Part shown: positions 26,272-37,386 of the stretch, in pieces
Numbering within the stretch: the first letter of the stretch is position 1
Layout of the letters: every line of letters begins with the position of its first letter
DNA from: Vitrella brassicaformis CCMP3155
Lineage: Eukaryota > Protista > Chromerida
Direction: 5' to 3'
NCBI GenBank assembly: GCA_001179505.1
Contig: CDMY01000964.1
Coordinates: 62,001-126,000 of the forward strand
Length of the DNA: 64,000 nt
Position numbers and translations under genes: made by a program
The notes under the pieces: model-generated
Seen by the model: the letters and a program-made list of their open reading frames with translations, nothing else
What the model was told of the DNA's origin: nothing
Database searches by the model: none

Positions 26272-26344
26272 AGCCTGATATGGGGCTCGAACCCATGACC
26301 ATTCGGTTAAGAGCCGAACACTCTACCGACTGAGCTAACCAGGC
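26272..26344 (-). tRNA. tRNA-Lys(CUU), intronless
   Basis: Reverse complement GCCTGGTTAGCTCAGTCGGTAGAGTGTTCGGCTCTTAACCGAATGGTCATGGGTTCGAGCCCCATATCAGGC-T folds into a full cloverleaf with anticodon CTT; it is followed immediately by a TTTT Pol III terminator. Confidence 0.95.
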
Positions 26345-26551
26345 GCTGCAGTCAGTGGAGCTTAACCTATCATACTCCCGTTCGTCCTAAATGAAGAATC
26401 GTGACTGCGCTTTGCTTGCCCTTTTCTCCTCGCCCAGCCGACCGAAAAAGATGTGCTTGGGTCAGGGTGGAGCTTTCACCGAGCTCTATTCATGCACCAA
26501 ACATCAGCCTCCAGACTCGCTCGTCCACAAAGAACACTCCGGCAGAACGTC

Positions 26552-26572
26552 AGGGTTTAGGGTTTAGGGTTT
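26552..26572 (+). repeat. Interstitial telomere-type repeat (AGGGTTT)x3
   Basis: The sequence agggtttagggtttagggttt is read directly; it matches the TTTAGGG telomere unit known from plants and Toxoplasma-type apicomplexans. Confidence 0.8.
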
Positions 26573-26862
26573 GGACGGATACCCTCAATTTTCGAAGCTT
26601 GAATATCACGACTGGCTGATAGTGCCGAAAAGCGAACCCTTCACCGAAAGCGGCGATTTTCATCTTGGATTCTGATATTTGTCTGCACTTGTCTGCGCGT
26701 GCTGGTCGCACACTCACACGGACCGTGACGGACGTGAACATGCAGTCTCATCCTATCGACCATCTGACTCCACGCACACAAAAAGACAGAAGCGATCCAC
26801 TTGCCACATGTACACACAATCGCATCTCTCTCTTTGCATGCCGTCCCCAGCCCGCCTTTCGT

Positions 26863-28418
26863 TCACGCCCATCTCTGCAGGCCCATTCCCCACTGCGGGA
26901 AGCCCTGCTGGGACCGCATCCCCAGGGACGCCACCGACGGCGTCTGCTGCTGCTGCTGTTGCTGCTGTTGGAGGGCACGGTGCTCAGCCTGCTCACGCAA
27001 TAATGTCTTGGTCAGCCTGTTTGAGCGGCCAACACACACAACACAGAAATGAGCTGATGTCAGCCAGGACAGGAGGGGTTCAGTACGGCGGTGTAAGTCG
27101 CTCACTGTTTGACGTTTCTGTAGGCCTGTGGCGGCATGAGGTCGATGTCCAGCGACGCCTGAGTCTCTGTTTGCTGACACAGACAGACAGACAGACAGAG
27201 AAGGAGGCACGCACCGTCACACATTTATGACGACACGCGTGACGCATCGGTTCTCTCTCCTGAAGACGTACAGTGATGAGGCACTCTGGGGCATAGATGC
27301 TGCAGAACCGTACGACCTGGCACACAGACACACAGACACAACACACACACCACCCGTCAAGTCGATCGACCCCCTTGTGCCGTGCGTGGGAGCAATGCAA
27401 CACACGCACCTTGCCCAGGTTGGTTCCGTGGAGCTTTGTGAGCCGTCTGCACAGCTTGTATCGGTCGGCCAGCGGCGCCTCGGTGCGCGAGGGACAGCTG
27501 GTGCTCTCTATCATCTCCATCACACCCTCCAAACTGACACACACACACACACGAAGCCGTGTGCGTCCTCCCTCCCTCGTCGCCTCCCGTCGTCCCCTCA
27601 CACACATGACTCACTCACTCGCTGTCGTCGTCTGCCATATTTCTGTTGTCGGGCGAGTCGTCGTCGCCCGTGGGCTTGGCGTATTTTTTCTTGGCCGTCT
27701 TCTTGGGCCTGCCCTTGCTGGTGGCGGGGGGCGGGGCGGGGAGAGGCACATAGTCGTCCGTCAACTCCTCGTGCGGCGGGTCAGGCACCACTGCACAGAC
27801 GGCACGTATGGCATGGCCGCAGAGGCAACAGAGGGGAGAGAGAGAGAGAGATGGTGGTGTGTTTCGTTGTCTGGGTGGTCCTCTGTGTACCGACCGTGCG
27901 GCAGGTGTCCTGCGTTGAGGGCGTTTTCGATTTCGCGAGTGAAGCGCTCCATCCTTTTGGACGCCTTGTGCACCGCCTGTATGTGTGTGTATGACACCAT
28001 GACACAGAGCAGTGCTCACAGACCTTCGTGTGTTGTGCCTTCGGTACTTACCGATCCCTCGGCATTGTAGAGCTGGCAGTTGCTCCAGATGAGGTAGAGG
28101 TCGCTCCACACCTCATTCGGGTCACGGTAGTGACCCTGGTGCAGCTTCTTCTGCAGGCACACCAACGAACCAACACAACACGTCACCGCCACAGTGGTTG
28201 GCGCACCCGCCCATTCATCTCTCTCCCTCTCCCTCTCTCTTCGCCAGCGACTCACTGACCGACACGGTGCCGAGATCCATGGGTTTCTTGACGATGTCAG
28301 GGTAGTTGATGAGGCCCAGCGCCTTCCAGTCGACAGGTGAGGTGAACCAGAACGCGTATTCGCATTTCTTCAGGCGGTCAACCGTCTGGGACACCAACGC
28401 AGTCCACCTCGCGTCCAT
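26863..28418 (-). CDS. Bromodomain + extra-terminal (ET/NET)-like protein (GTE/BET-like), multi-exon
   Basis: MDARWTALVSQTVDRLKKCEYAFWFTSPVDWKALGLINYPDIVKKPMDLGTV|KKLHQGHYRDPNEVWSDLYLIWSNCQLYN (bromodomain, with the conserved Y and N). Basic linker KGRPKKTAKKK. ET-like LADRYKLCRRLTKLHGTNLGKVVRFC...SLDIDLM. Poly-Q tail, stop 26863. Confidence 0.85.
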
Positions 28419-28599
28419 CACGATATCCTGCAGCACGGATCTGAGCCGGGAGAGAGAGCGGTTTCACGGAATGTCCTGCAAGCTTGAGCTCGCGATGGGC
28501 GAAGGAATTGGCGAAGGTCTCCACTCTCGCTCTCCGCACACTCTCGCTCTCGTCCCGTCGGTAATCTCCACTGGCTCTGGTACTGCGTCATTCCATATC

Positions 28600-29016
28600 A
28601 TGGATGTGTGTGACCGACTGCTCCTTTGGATGGTGTGCATTGGGTTGCTTTCCTTCGTTCTCATCCCCGCCGTGACCGAGAATGCGACCCGCATAGTCAA
28701 GGCCGCTGGTGCAGCTTTCAAGCCTCCGCCACCTCCTCGTGCTGCCAAGGATGACGCCAAGGTCTGGGCTGTCATCGAGCTGCTGACACGGACGATGGAG
28801 ATCATCGTGGCAAAGGAGATGGAGGGGACGCCGGCCGCGGCTGAGCTGGCTGACAAGTTGTCCGTGGTGAGTCATCTGGCGGAGGAGCACGGCAGCAAGG
28901 GTGGTGCTGCGGGTGGTGGTGATGGCAAGCTCCGAGGAGGGCATGGAGGCGCCGGGACAGCTGCTGATGGGGAGCCACTGCCACGCACGACGACACTCAA
29001 GCCACTCAAGCCATAG
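28600..29016 (+). CDS. Small intronless protein with N-terminal hydrophobic segment (138 aa), unknown function
   Basis: MDVCDRLLLWMVCIGLLSFVLIPAVTENA followed by a helical region and a Gly-rich tail; strongly GC3-biased codons; divergent from the bromodomain gene. Confidence 0.6.
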   Translation: MDVCDRLLLWMVCIGLLSFVLIPAVTENATRIVKAAGAAFKPPPPPRAAKDDAKVWAVIELLTRTMEIIVAKEMEGTPAAAELADKLSVVSHLAEEHGSKGGAAGGGDGKLRGGHGGAGTAADGEPLPRTTTLKPLKP

Positions 29017-30217
29017 CTGGTTGCTGTGTGCGGGAGGGCTGGGACTGGTTTATGGGTGTTGGTGTGTCTTTGTATGATACACACTGCACTGCCCTCACTG
29101 GAGACTGTGCGTTTTCTGTCGATTTTGTGCGAGGAGCTTTGTTATGTCGTCGGTTCGGTTCGGTGCGCTCTGAGTAGGTCTTCCTGGTCTGTCTGTTGGG
29201 GTGACATCACGGTGATGTGTGTGTGTGTGTGTGTGTTGTGTGGAGAGATCAACCAACGATTGGACATGACAATGACAATGCATTCATTAAGCTCGATGAT
29301 CGAAGTCTGCACGTACGCCACGGAATGTAACAAGTGCAAGTGCCCCCCCTCTAGCTACACTCTACCCCCCATCCACTCATTCCATCCACACAGCACAGCA
29401 CAGTGAAGTGACTGACGTGCACACATGCAGCGTAGCGGCTGACTCAGAGAGCAAGGCCTGGCCTGGCTAGCCTCGGAAGGTGGGCCGGTCGGTAGAGCAA
29501 TGAACCTTGGATGTATGTATGGATGGATGGATAGAGCCATCAATCGGTCTGGAAGGGTACATGGAAAAGGGTAAGGTACACGCAGCCAGCCAGCAGCAGC
29601 TACCTGCCCACCAGCCTGCCTGCCTGCCTGCCTGCCTGCCAGCTAGGAGGAGAGATCGGCACACCAACCGTAGCTAGCTAGCTAGCTAGCTAGCGACACT
29701 GATGACCACATGAGACACGCACGGCAACACACGCACCCATTGATTCCTTCCACCTCCGCCCTCCCCGCCCACCACGCGCCACGCCATCCATCGGATATAA
29801 AATGCATGGCAGCGATGCTTTCCCCCTCCNNNNNNNNNNNNNNNNNNNNNNNNNNNNNNNNNNNNNNNNNNNNNNNNNNNNNNNNNNNNNNNNNNNNNNN
29901 NNNNNNNNNNNNNNNNNNNNNNNNNNNNNNNNNNNNNNNNNNNNNNNNNNNNNNNNNNNNNNNNNNNNNNNNNNNNNNNNNNNNNNNNNNNNNNNNNNNN
30001 NNNNNNNNNNNNNNNNNNNNNNNNNNNNNNNNNNNNNNNNNNNNNNNNNNNNNNNNNNNNNNNNNNNNNNNNNNNNNNNNNNNNNNNNNNNNNNNNNNNN
30101 NNNNNNNNNNNNNNNNNNNNNNNNNNNNNCCCCCCCCCCCCGCCCTCTTGCTCGCTCATTCATTGTGTGACGGACGGTAGTCTGTCCTCTCACTCAGTCA
30201 TTGGATTAGTTTATCAG

Positions 30218-33200
30218 TTACAGGAACCAGAGCTTGGTGGCGAGCTGGTCCGACGGCACCTGGTTGTCCAGCGCCTCGGTCACTTTACGCGCACACCTGA
30301 TGGATGGACAGACACGTAAGTGACGTCCACACACAGACACACAGAGAGAGACATCCACACACACACACACGCACGAGCGGGTGGGCCGTTTGTTTGTGTC
30401 TCCTCACGTCTCGGCGTACTTCACGGGTGCCGGCACACGAATGGGGCCTGAAAGAGCCAAGGGTGTTTGCAATTGGGTGTTTGTCTGTCTGTATGCCTCC
30501 GTTTCCCTCCTTCAGTGTGTGTGTGTGTGTGTACCGCTCCAGTTTTGGTATAGTGTGCTGAGTTGCATGGTGATGCGGCAGAGGCCGTTGACGCCGAACC
30601 GCATGTCGGCATCCCAGTTGGCGGACATGCCGTAGACCTCGTACTTAGTGGGCGTCACGGTGCCTGTGCCAGTCAGGCCCACACGACAGACAGAGGGATT
30701 CAGGGGAGGGAGGGAGGGGAGACACAGAAATGCACGCACACAGAATGAAATTTCGGTGGTGAGAGTTCTCGGGTGTGTTGTGCTGTTGGTGCCCTGCCTT
30801 GTGTGACGAACTGGTGGCAGCCGTAGAAGACATACTGAGTGCTGTCCGTCACCCCTGCACAGACAGGACACACACAGCACAGCACAGAGAGAGAGATGAG
30901 CAGATCAGATGGATGCATTTGCTCAGTGCAGTGGGGGCCAATCTTGATAAGTCGATACGTCTGTCTGTCTGTTATGTGAATATGTTTGCGTGTACCTTAC
31001 CTTGGTCGAAGACGGTTAGTGGCGGCGGATTCTCGAGCGGGCCGCCGCCCGGCTTGCGCACGGCAAACCTGACCACACACACGGACACACACACACACGT
31101 CCAATCACTTGTCCATGTGGGCGCGCTGTGCGTGTGTGTGTGTGTACCTCTGGTTGACGTTTTTGTTAACGATGATGTAGACCCACTTCTCGAACCAAGG
31201 TAAGGTACACACAAACTGGTCTGTGAGGGCAGTGCAGGCACCTTACCTCGGGCTGCCACTCGTCAGTCGTCAGCTGCCTGAACCCCTCCTCAATCATGGG
31301 CAACTCAAAATCAAGAGCAGCGCGCTTCTGTCCCTCACCCAAACCACCACTGCACACACACACACACACGCACACACAGGCAACACACGAGAACTCGGTT
31401 GTCTCCGGGGTGGAGGGNNNNNNNNNNNNNNNNNNNNNNNNNNNNNNNNNNNNNNNNNNNNNNNNNNNNNNNNNNNNNNNNNNNNNNNNNNNNNNNNNNN
31501 NNNNNNNNNNNNNNNNNNNNNNNNNNNNNNNNNNNNNNNNNNNNNNNNNNNNNNNNNNNNNNNNNNNNNNNNNNNNNNNNNNNNNNNNNNNNNNNNNNNN
31601 NNNNNNNNNNNNNNNNNNNNNNNNNNNNNNNNNNNNNNNNNNNNNNNNNNNNNNNNNNNNNNNNNNNNNNNNNNNNNNNNNNNNNNNNNNNNNNNNNNNN
31701 NNNNNNNNNNNNNNNNNTGGGGAGGTGGGAGGTGACCGACCGGTAGATGATGAAGCGGCGTGGCGGCTGGCCCCTGAACCGCGGGTTCTCCAGAAACTTG
31801 GCTATGGCATCTGTCCATCCACACATCACATGAACAGAGAGAGGGAGAGAGAGGGGGGGGTGAGGCCGGGATGGATGTATGTGTGTGTGTGTGCGTACCT
31901 TCGATGAAGACGGGGAAGTTGTCGACCTGCTCTCCCTCCCCCTCCCTCACCCTCACGCTGGTGTAGTACTCGAGGAACAGGTCGTCCACCGTCGCGCTCA
32001 ACACTACCACCGACTTGCCTGCAGCCATCCATCCATCCATCCACACCTCCATCATGGTGTGTTGGTGTGTTGGTGTGCTGGTATACCTACCTCTGGCCTT
32101 TTTGCACTCCACCCCGATGACCATGGTGCTCCGCTTGACCGCCGCCTTGGTGTTCAACGCCCACGCTGCGCCGCCCAACTGCAGAGAGAAAAACAAAAAC
32201 ACATACGCTGCCTGTGGTGGGTGAGGTGGTAAGTGGGGTGGGGGCTTCTCTCTCCCTCTCTCTACATATCTCTCTGTGTCCGTGTGTGTGTTTCCCTTGG
32301 TACCTTGCACGCGATCTGGGCGACCAGTTTCGGGAGTGCCGAGTTCCACCGATTGCCCGAGACCGTCTTGGCTTGCACACCCTACAGGTCATCCAAAGAC
32401 AGACAGACAGACAGACAGACAAGTTGCGTGACAACGTGGTGTCTCTTTCCGCAGTGCGCCCACCTGTGTGAGCACCGCCTCGTTCCCACAGGTCAGCCGC
32501 TGCTTCATGGCCTGTATGACGATACACACACACACACATACCATCCATCCACCCACACCCCCCAGCCCGTTTGTTTCTCTGCCTCCCTCACCTCATAGAC
32601 CTGTTTGGCCTGGGTCTTATTCTCGGGCAGTATGAAGACCACCATGATGGGGTCGCTGGCCTGCTCTATGCGTTCGCGCAGGTCGCCCATGTGCAGCCCG
32701 TAGACGCGCTCGAAGCGGGGGTCGTTGAGGGTGCCCATGTTGAGCACGGGCGGGTAGATGAGCAACGGGTCGTCGTAGCCCATCCCGTACTCTTCACACA
32801 CACATGGACAGGGACAGAGACAAAGGTGTGTGTTGGGGTGTGCTGGGGGGCCTTTTGTGTGTGCGTACGTTCTGCCCTGGATCTTATGTCTCTGACGAGT
32901 CTGGTCTTGAGGGCCTCATGGTTCTGCCCGTAGACCACAATCCAACGCGTCAAGTTGGCCTGTCAACCACACAGGTCATATATGTCAGCCACACACAAGA
33001 TGCAGCACAACTATTGGCGCCTTCCCCCCCCTCTAGAAACACTTACCGGAGCGATGAGCGAGTTGATGTTGAAGTTGGCGTTTCTGGGCGGGCCGGGTAG
33101 GGGTGTGCCGAGCTGATGGCGCTTCTCGGCGTGCTGTTTCTCCTGCAGCATCTCCTTGTCGGGAGACCTGTCGTAGTACCGGAAGGACACGGCCTCATCC

Positions 33201-36090
33201 CCGGCACCCAGATGGCGGCCTGCACACACACATACACATACACACGCACACAGAGAGACACAAGGGGGTGTGCGCATGTGTCGGAGGGGGGGGGGCGGGG
33301 GGGGCGTGCTCTTGTGTGGTGCTTGGTTACCCTTGACCAGGTTGCCGTCCGTCTGGATGGTGATCCCATAGGTCTCCAACACCTCTGCGCACACACACAC
33401 ACACAATGTGTGTCAACACATACGGTGGTGGATTTCGTTCTCTCTGTCTCACTCACCTGCAGCCCTGTTAGGTCCGCCCCCGACGGCCGTCTGGGCCTGC
33501 AGCTTCCGTGCCAGCCCTCTGCACCTGTTCAGCCGCACGCCGGGCAGCATTCGGCACCGGTTGGCGATCTGGTTGTTCAAATCAAAGTTGCTGCGGATGG
33601 ACTCATCCATCCCTGCAAGCGAGGCAAGCCGACAGAGGCAGACTTTATTGATGGGGGGAGGGGAGGGGGGAGGGGAGAGGGGGTGAGGGTGGGGGTGCGG
33701 CTGACCGGTGAGTGTGACTGTCTGTGAGGGCAGGATGATGGTGTTGATGACCTGCTGAGTCCCGTCCGGCATGCGACGAGTCCTCTCGTACTTAACTGCA
33801 GTGCAGCCGACAACCAGTGGATGGATGGATGGATGGATGGACCATTCCTGTGCGTGTGTGCGAGTACCGAGTGCCTGTCCTTCGGCGAGGTTGATGCCGT
33901 ATGTGTTCTGGAAGTACTGGGCGTACGACACCGTCACATCTTGGCCCTGTTGCCGACGGGTGAAGGTGCCGTGGATGCCAGGCTCACCAAACAACAACTG
34001 AACCAAACGACGGGCAGAGGACAGCAAACACACACACACACACACACGCAGAGACACGCTCGTGTGGGAGGGAAAGGGGTGTGGGGGTGTGGGGGTGTGG
34101 GGTGTGCACCTCTGTTATGGCGTAGAGCTTCCTGTCTCTGTTGCCCACGGGGCCGCTCTCCTGCAAGCAAACATCCGACATGTTCAAAGGGTGGGGGCTT
34201 ATTCTGTGGCTGTCCGTCGGTCCTACGTAGATGGTGATGATGCGCCTTCCCTGGAACTCCTCGTTCATCCGCTGCACAAACGCGGCCTCAGTCCCGGTGA
34301 AACGCCGCTGCATCCCCCAACACACACACACATCCATTCCATGGGGCACACGCGTCCGTCCGTTGTCATGATGATGACCCCTTCCCATCCATGTGTGCCC
34401 AGCCCCCCACCCATCATACCCGTCTTTCGTCCAGCACGTCCCGCAGCGTGTTCATGTGGATGATGCGGTGCGTGCAGTCCACCTGACAAAGCAACCATTA
34501 CAGCCACAATGGATGGCCATAGTGAGATTGAAAGACGCAGGTGAAGGAATCGCTGAGCGGGTGGTGGTGGTGGTGGGTGACCTGTAGGTAGAGTGACGCT
34601 TCGAGCTGCTGGATGGAGGTGAAGTACCCGGGGAGAAGTTGGTAGTTGCCCACGGTGGTGGTGCCGCCCAGCTCGGGGTCGACCGGCTGAGCGGTCATCA
34701 TCCCCGTCAGGAACAGATGACGACCGATCACCTGGAACTGCACGAACACACACACATACACACACACACACACAGAGGGGGAGAGGGAGAGGGAGGGACG
34801 GAGGGAGAGGGAAAGTGGTGGATAACTGTTTGTGGCTGTGTGGGTAGGGGTGGGGGGCTGACCCTGAGTTGCCCCATGGCCCTCTTGACGGCACAGTTGA
34901 GATACTGGATGGTCTCCTGGTCCAGCGAACCATCTGTTGCAGACACATTGATGAAAGAAGGGACAGCAACAAGAGAGGACACAGACAGAGAGAAAGAGAC
35001 GTGTACCCACGTGTGTGCCTTCTGTCCCCAGTCCTCCCCCGCGTTGCCCTCCGTACGCATGTCGATGGTATGCCTGAAGATGAAGTTGATCTTCTGAGGT
35101 TCCCCCGTCTGCAGTACAAGAAACACACACAGACACACACAGACACACACAGAGTTCCTCCCATCCCCTCCAAGCCCCCCACCCCCCCACCCCCCACTAC
35201 CCCCGCACTCACGTCAGCGGCCTGTGGGAGCGTCACGGAAGCCGTGTGGTTCGGCTGTATGTTGGTGTCGACCTTGACAAACGTGTTCATGCCCTGGTAC
35301 AGCAGCGCACCCCCAAAGGCATTCAAACTCTGCAATATCTGGCGGACATAAGAAAAGAGGGAACACACACCGGGGCACAAGAGGCCCCCCGCCGGAAGGA
35401 CCATGCATCTTCTTGTGCAGAGAGATCCCCCCCCCCCNNNNNNNNNNNNNNNNNNNNNNNNNNNNNNNNNNNNNNNNNNNNNNNNNNNNNNNNNNNNNNN
35501 NNNNNNNNNNNNNNNNNNNNNNNNNNNNNNNNNNNNNNNNNNNNNNNNNNNNNNNNNNNNNNNNNNNNNNNNNNNNNNNNNNNNNNNNNNNNNNNNNNNN
35601 NNNNNNNNNNNNNNNNNNNNNNNNNNNNNNNNNNNNNNNNNNNNNNNNNNNNNNNNNNNNNNNNNNNNNNNNNNNNNNNNNNNNNNNNNNNNNNNNNNNN
35701 NNNNNNNNNNNNNNNNNNNNNNNNNNNNNNNNNNNNNCCCCCTCCCTCCCCCGTGAGCTTTCCCGTCTGGGGCCATCGTCTGTGTCGTACCTGCTGGGAG
35801 TTTCGGTAGATCAGCGCCCGCTGCGGCCCGAGGGCGTTCACGGGCGGGTCAAACTCTGCACCACAACCACCACAAATACCACACAATACGGCCCACACCA
35901 CAGATCTGGCCACATCTGTCACGCATCAGCTCCACGTACCTGTGGCGTATACCCAAACGGCGAATTTCTTCTTGAGTCCGATCTCGAACAGGTTGGTCTG
36001 GGCCTCCACCTCTACGCCTAAGCTACAGAAGAGCGGAAAGCCCTGCGGATCTGTCGGCCGGGGTGCCGGCCCCTGAACTTGTAATGCCAT
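30218..36090 (-). CDS. PIWI: Piwi-type Argonaute protein (N, PAZ, MID, PIWI), predicted slicer-inactive, many exons, spans two gaps
   Basis: ATG 36090 MALQVQG...AQTNLFEIG (Ago N-terminal TNxF). VDCTHRIIH. PAZ: VSYAQYFQNTYGINL. MID: VVFILPE..VYEAMKQRL..LTQGVQAKT..QIACKLGGAAW. PIWI: MVIGVEC, FIIYRGGLGEGQ, PPPLTVFD, GTVTPTKY, LYQNWSGPIRVPAPVKYAE. C-terminus KLWFL* (TAA at 30218). Confidence 0.92.
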
Positions 36091-36355
36091 GGATGGAGGA
36101 AAACAACGCAGACGAAGGGAGGGGAGGGGAGGGATGGGGAGGGGATAGGGTGGATGGGGGTCCCTATGGAGGGAGTTGGGCAGGCAGAAGCGGCAACCTA
36201 CAGCCTTAGGGGGAAAACTGGCGCAGAAGAGCGGCCAGGAAGCCGGATTTACAGGCGGCGAGAGTCGCGAGACTGTTATGGGTTTCTCCGCCTGCCCCAG
36301 CTCCAGTCAGCCGATGTTTCTCGTCCCCCTTCAGTCGGCATCCTTCAGAAGGCCT

Positions 36356-36393
<38 letters not shown>

Positions 36394-37024
36394 ACACACA
36401 GACACACATGAATGACATTCTCCTTGCATGGCCATGGAGAGCTGTGCATCGACTAAAAGCTTTGCGACCGTTTCATCGACGCGGTGACGTCCCAAGCCGT
36501 GTCCCCGAAAACCTCATCATCGATGCAAACATACAGATTGACGCTATGAGGCAGGCAGGCAGGCAGGCACTTCTTTGTGTGCTCATCCACGCATGGCTGT
36601 CCGGCTGCAAGAAGGAGAGGAAGAGATATGCTTAAGGTACCGGCGAGGGAGGGAGACAAGGAGAGCTGTTCGAATTCGCGTCTGTTGGTTTTGATGTCTG
36701 AATGCATGTGGATTCACGTGAAATGGACGAGTGTCTGTATGCACATACATACATGCGCACGTACGAAGGAAGTCCAACACACGACAACTGCCACTCGATA
36801 ACCTTCCCATCCCCGCACCACGCAATGGCACGGCAGGCCACCCACCCACCTCACACCGGCAAAAGTGTGTCGTCCATCCACCCCACACACGCCGATGCAG
36901 CCAGCTTGGAGGTGGGTATCAGCCCGTAGATGACAGCCAGACGGATGAACCATCCCATCACCACCCATTCAGCTGTCGACGTGCCTTGTTTCCGGCACAT
37001 ACGCCGCCCGGATCAAGTAGCCGC

Positions 37025-37345
37025 TTAAGCAGAGGCGTCCGGAATAGCCTCAGTCGACGCGCAAAATGGCTGCACAAACGAAGCACCGCAACAAGGAGGC
37101 CGCAAAACGCACCCGAGGCTGTTGTGCGGGAGGGGTGCATAAGTGCGGTCGACACCGATGACACCGGTGAGCGAGTGGCGGGCGAGGAGGGCGTCGATAC
37201 GCTCCAGCAGAAGAGCTACATTGACGATGGATGTGCCGAGGGCCCGAGAGGTGCTGTGGAGAGAGGCCGCATCGGGCAGGGGGAGGCATTCCACGACAGG
37301 CACACGCCACAGCTCCACGGGCAGGGCAGCAAATACGCCATAAAT
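37025..37345 (-). pseudogene. F-box-like gene fragment downstream of TMEM234
   Basis: VFAALPVELWRVPVVECLPLPDAASLHSTSRALGTSIVNVALLLERIDALLARHSLTGVIGVDR looks like an F-box-type N-terminus. It has no in-frame ATG of its own and ends after ~105 codons. Confidence 0.4.
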
Positions 37346-37386
37346 CGCACCAATCCAATCAATCAGCGCAGCCAACACGACGGCCG

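Noticed and set aside
26272-26272. U at discriminator position 73 in both tRNA-Lys genes
   Set aside because: U73 is known in some eukaryotic tRNA-Lys (e.g. yeast CUU), so it is not evidence of a novel identity rule.
28441-28856. Upstream in-frame ORF plus a 27-nt GT-AG mini-intron (or TGA read-through) extending the bromodomain protein
   Set aside because: The intron would be far shorter than any other here, and the upstream frame is the antisense of a better-supported + strand ORF (28600-29016). It is not fully excluded without RNA-seq.
29671-29694. Self-complementary (TAGC)x6 array
   Set aside because: It is a simple microsatellite with hairpin potential; nothing links it to a function.
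36660-36680. GTTCGAATTC T-loop-like motif suggesting a third tRNA
   Set aside because: No flanking T-stem, D-arm or acceptor pairing could be built.
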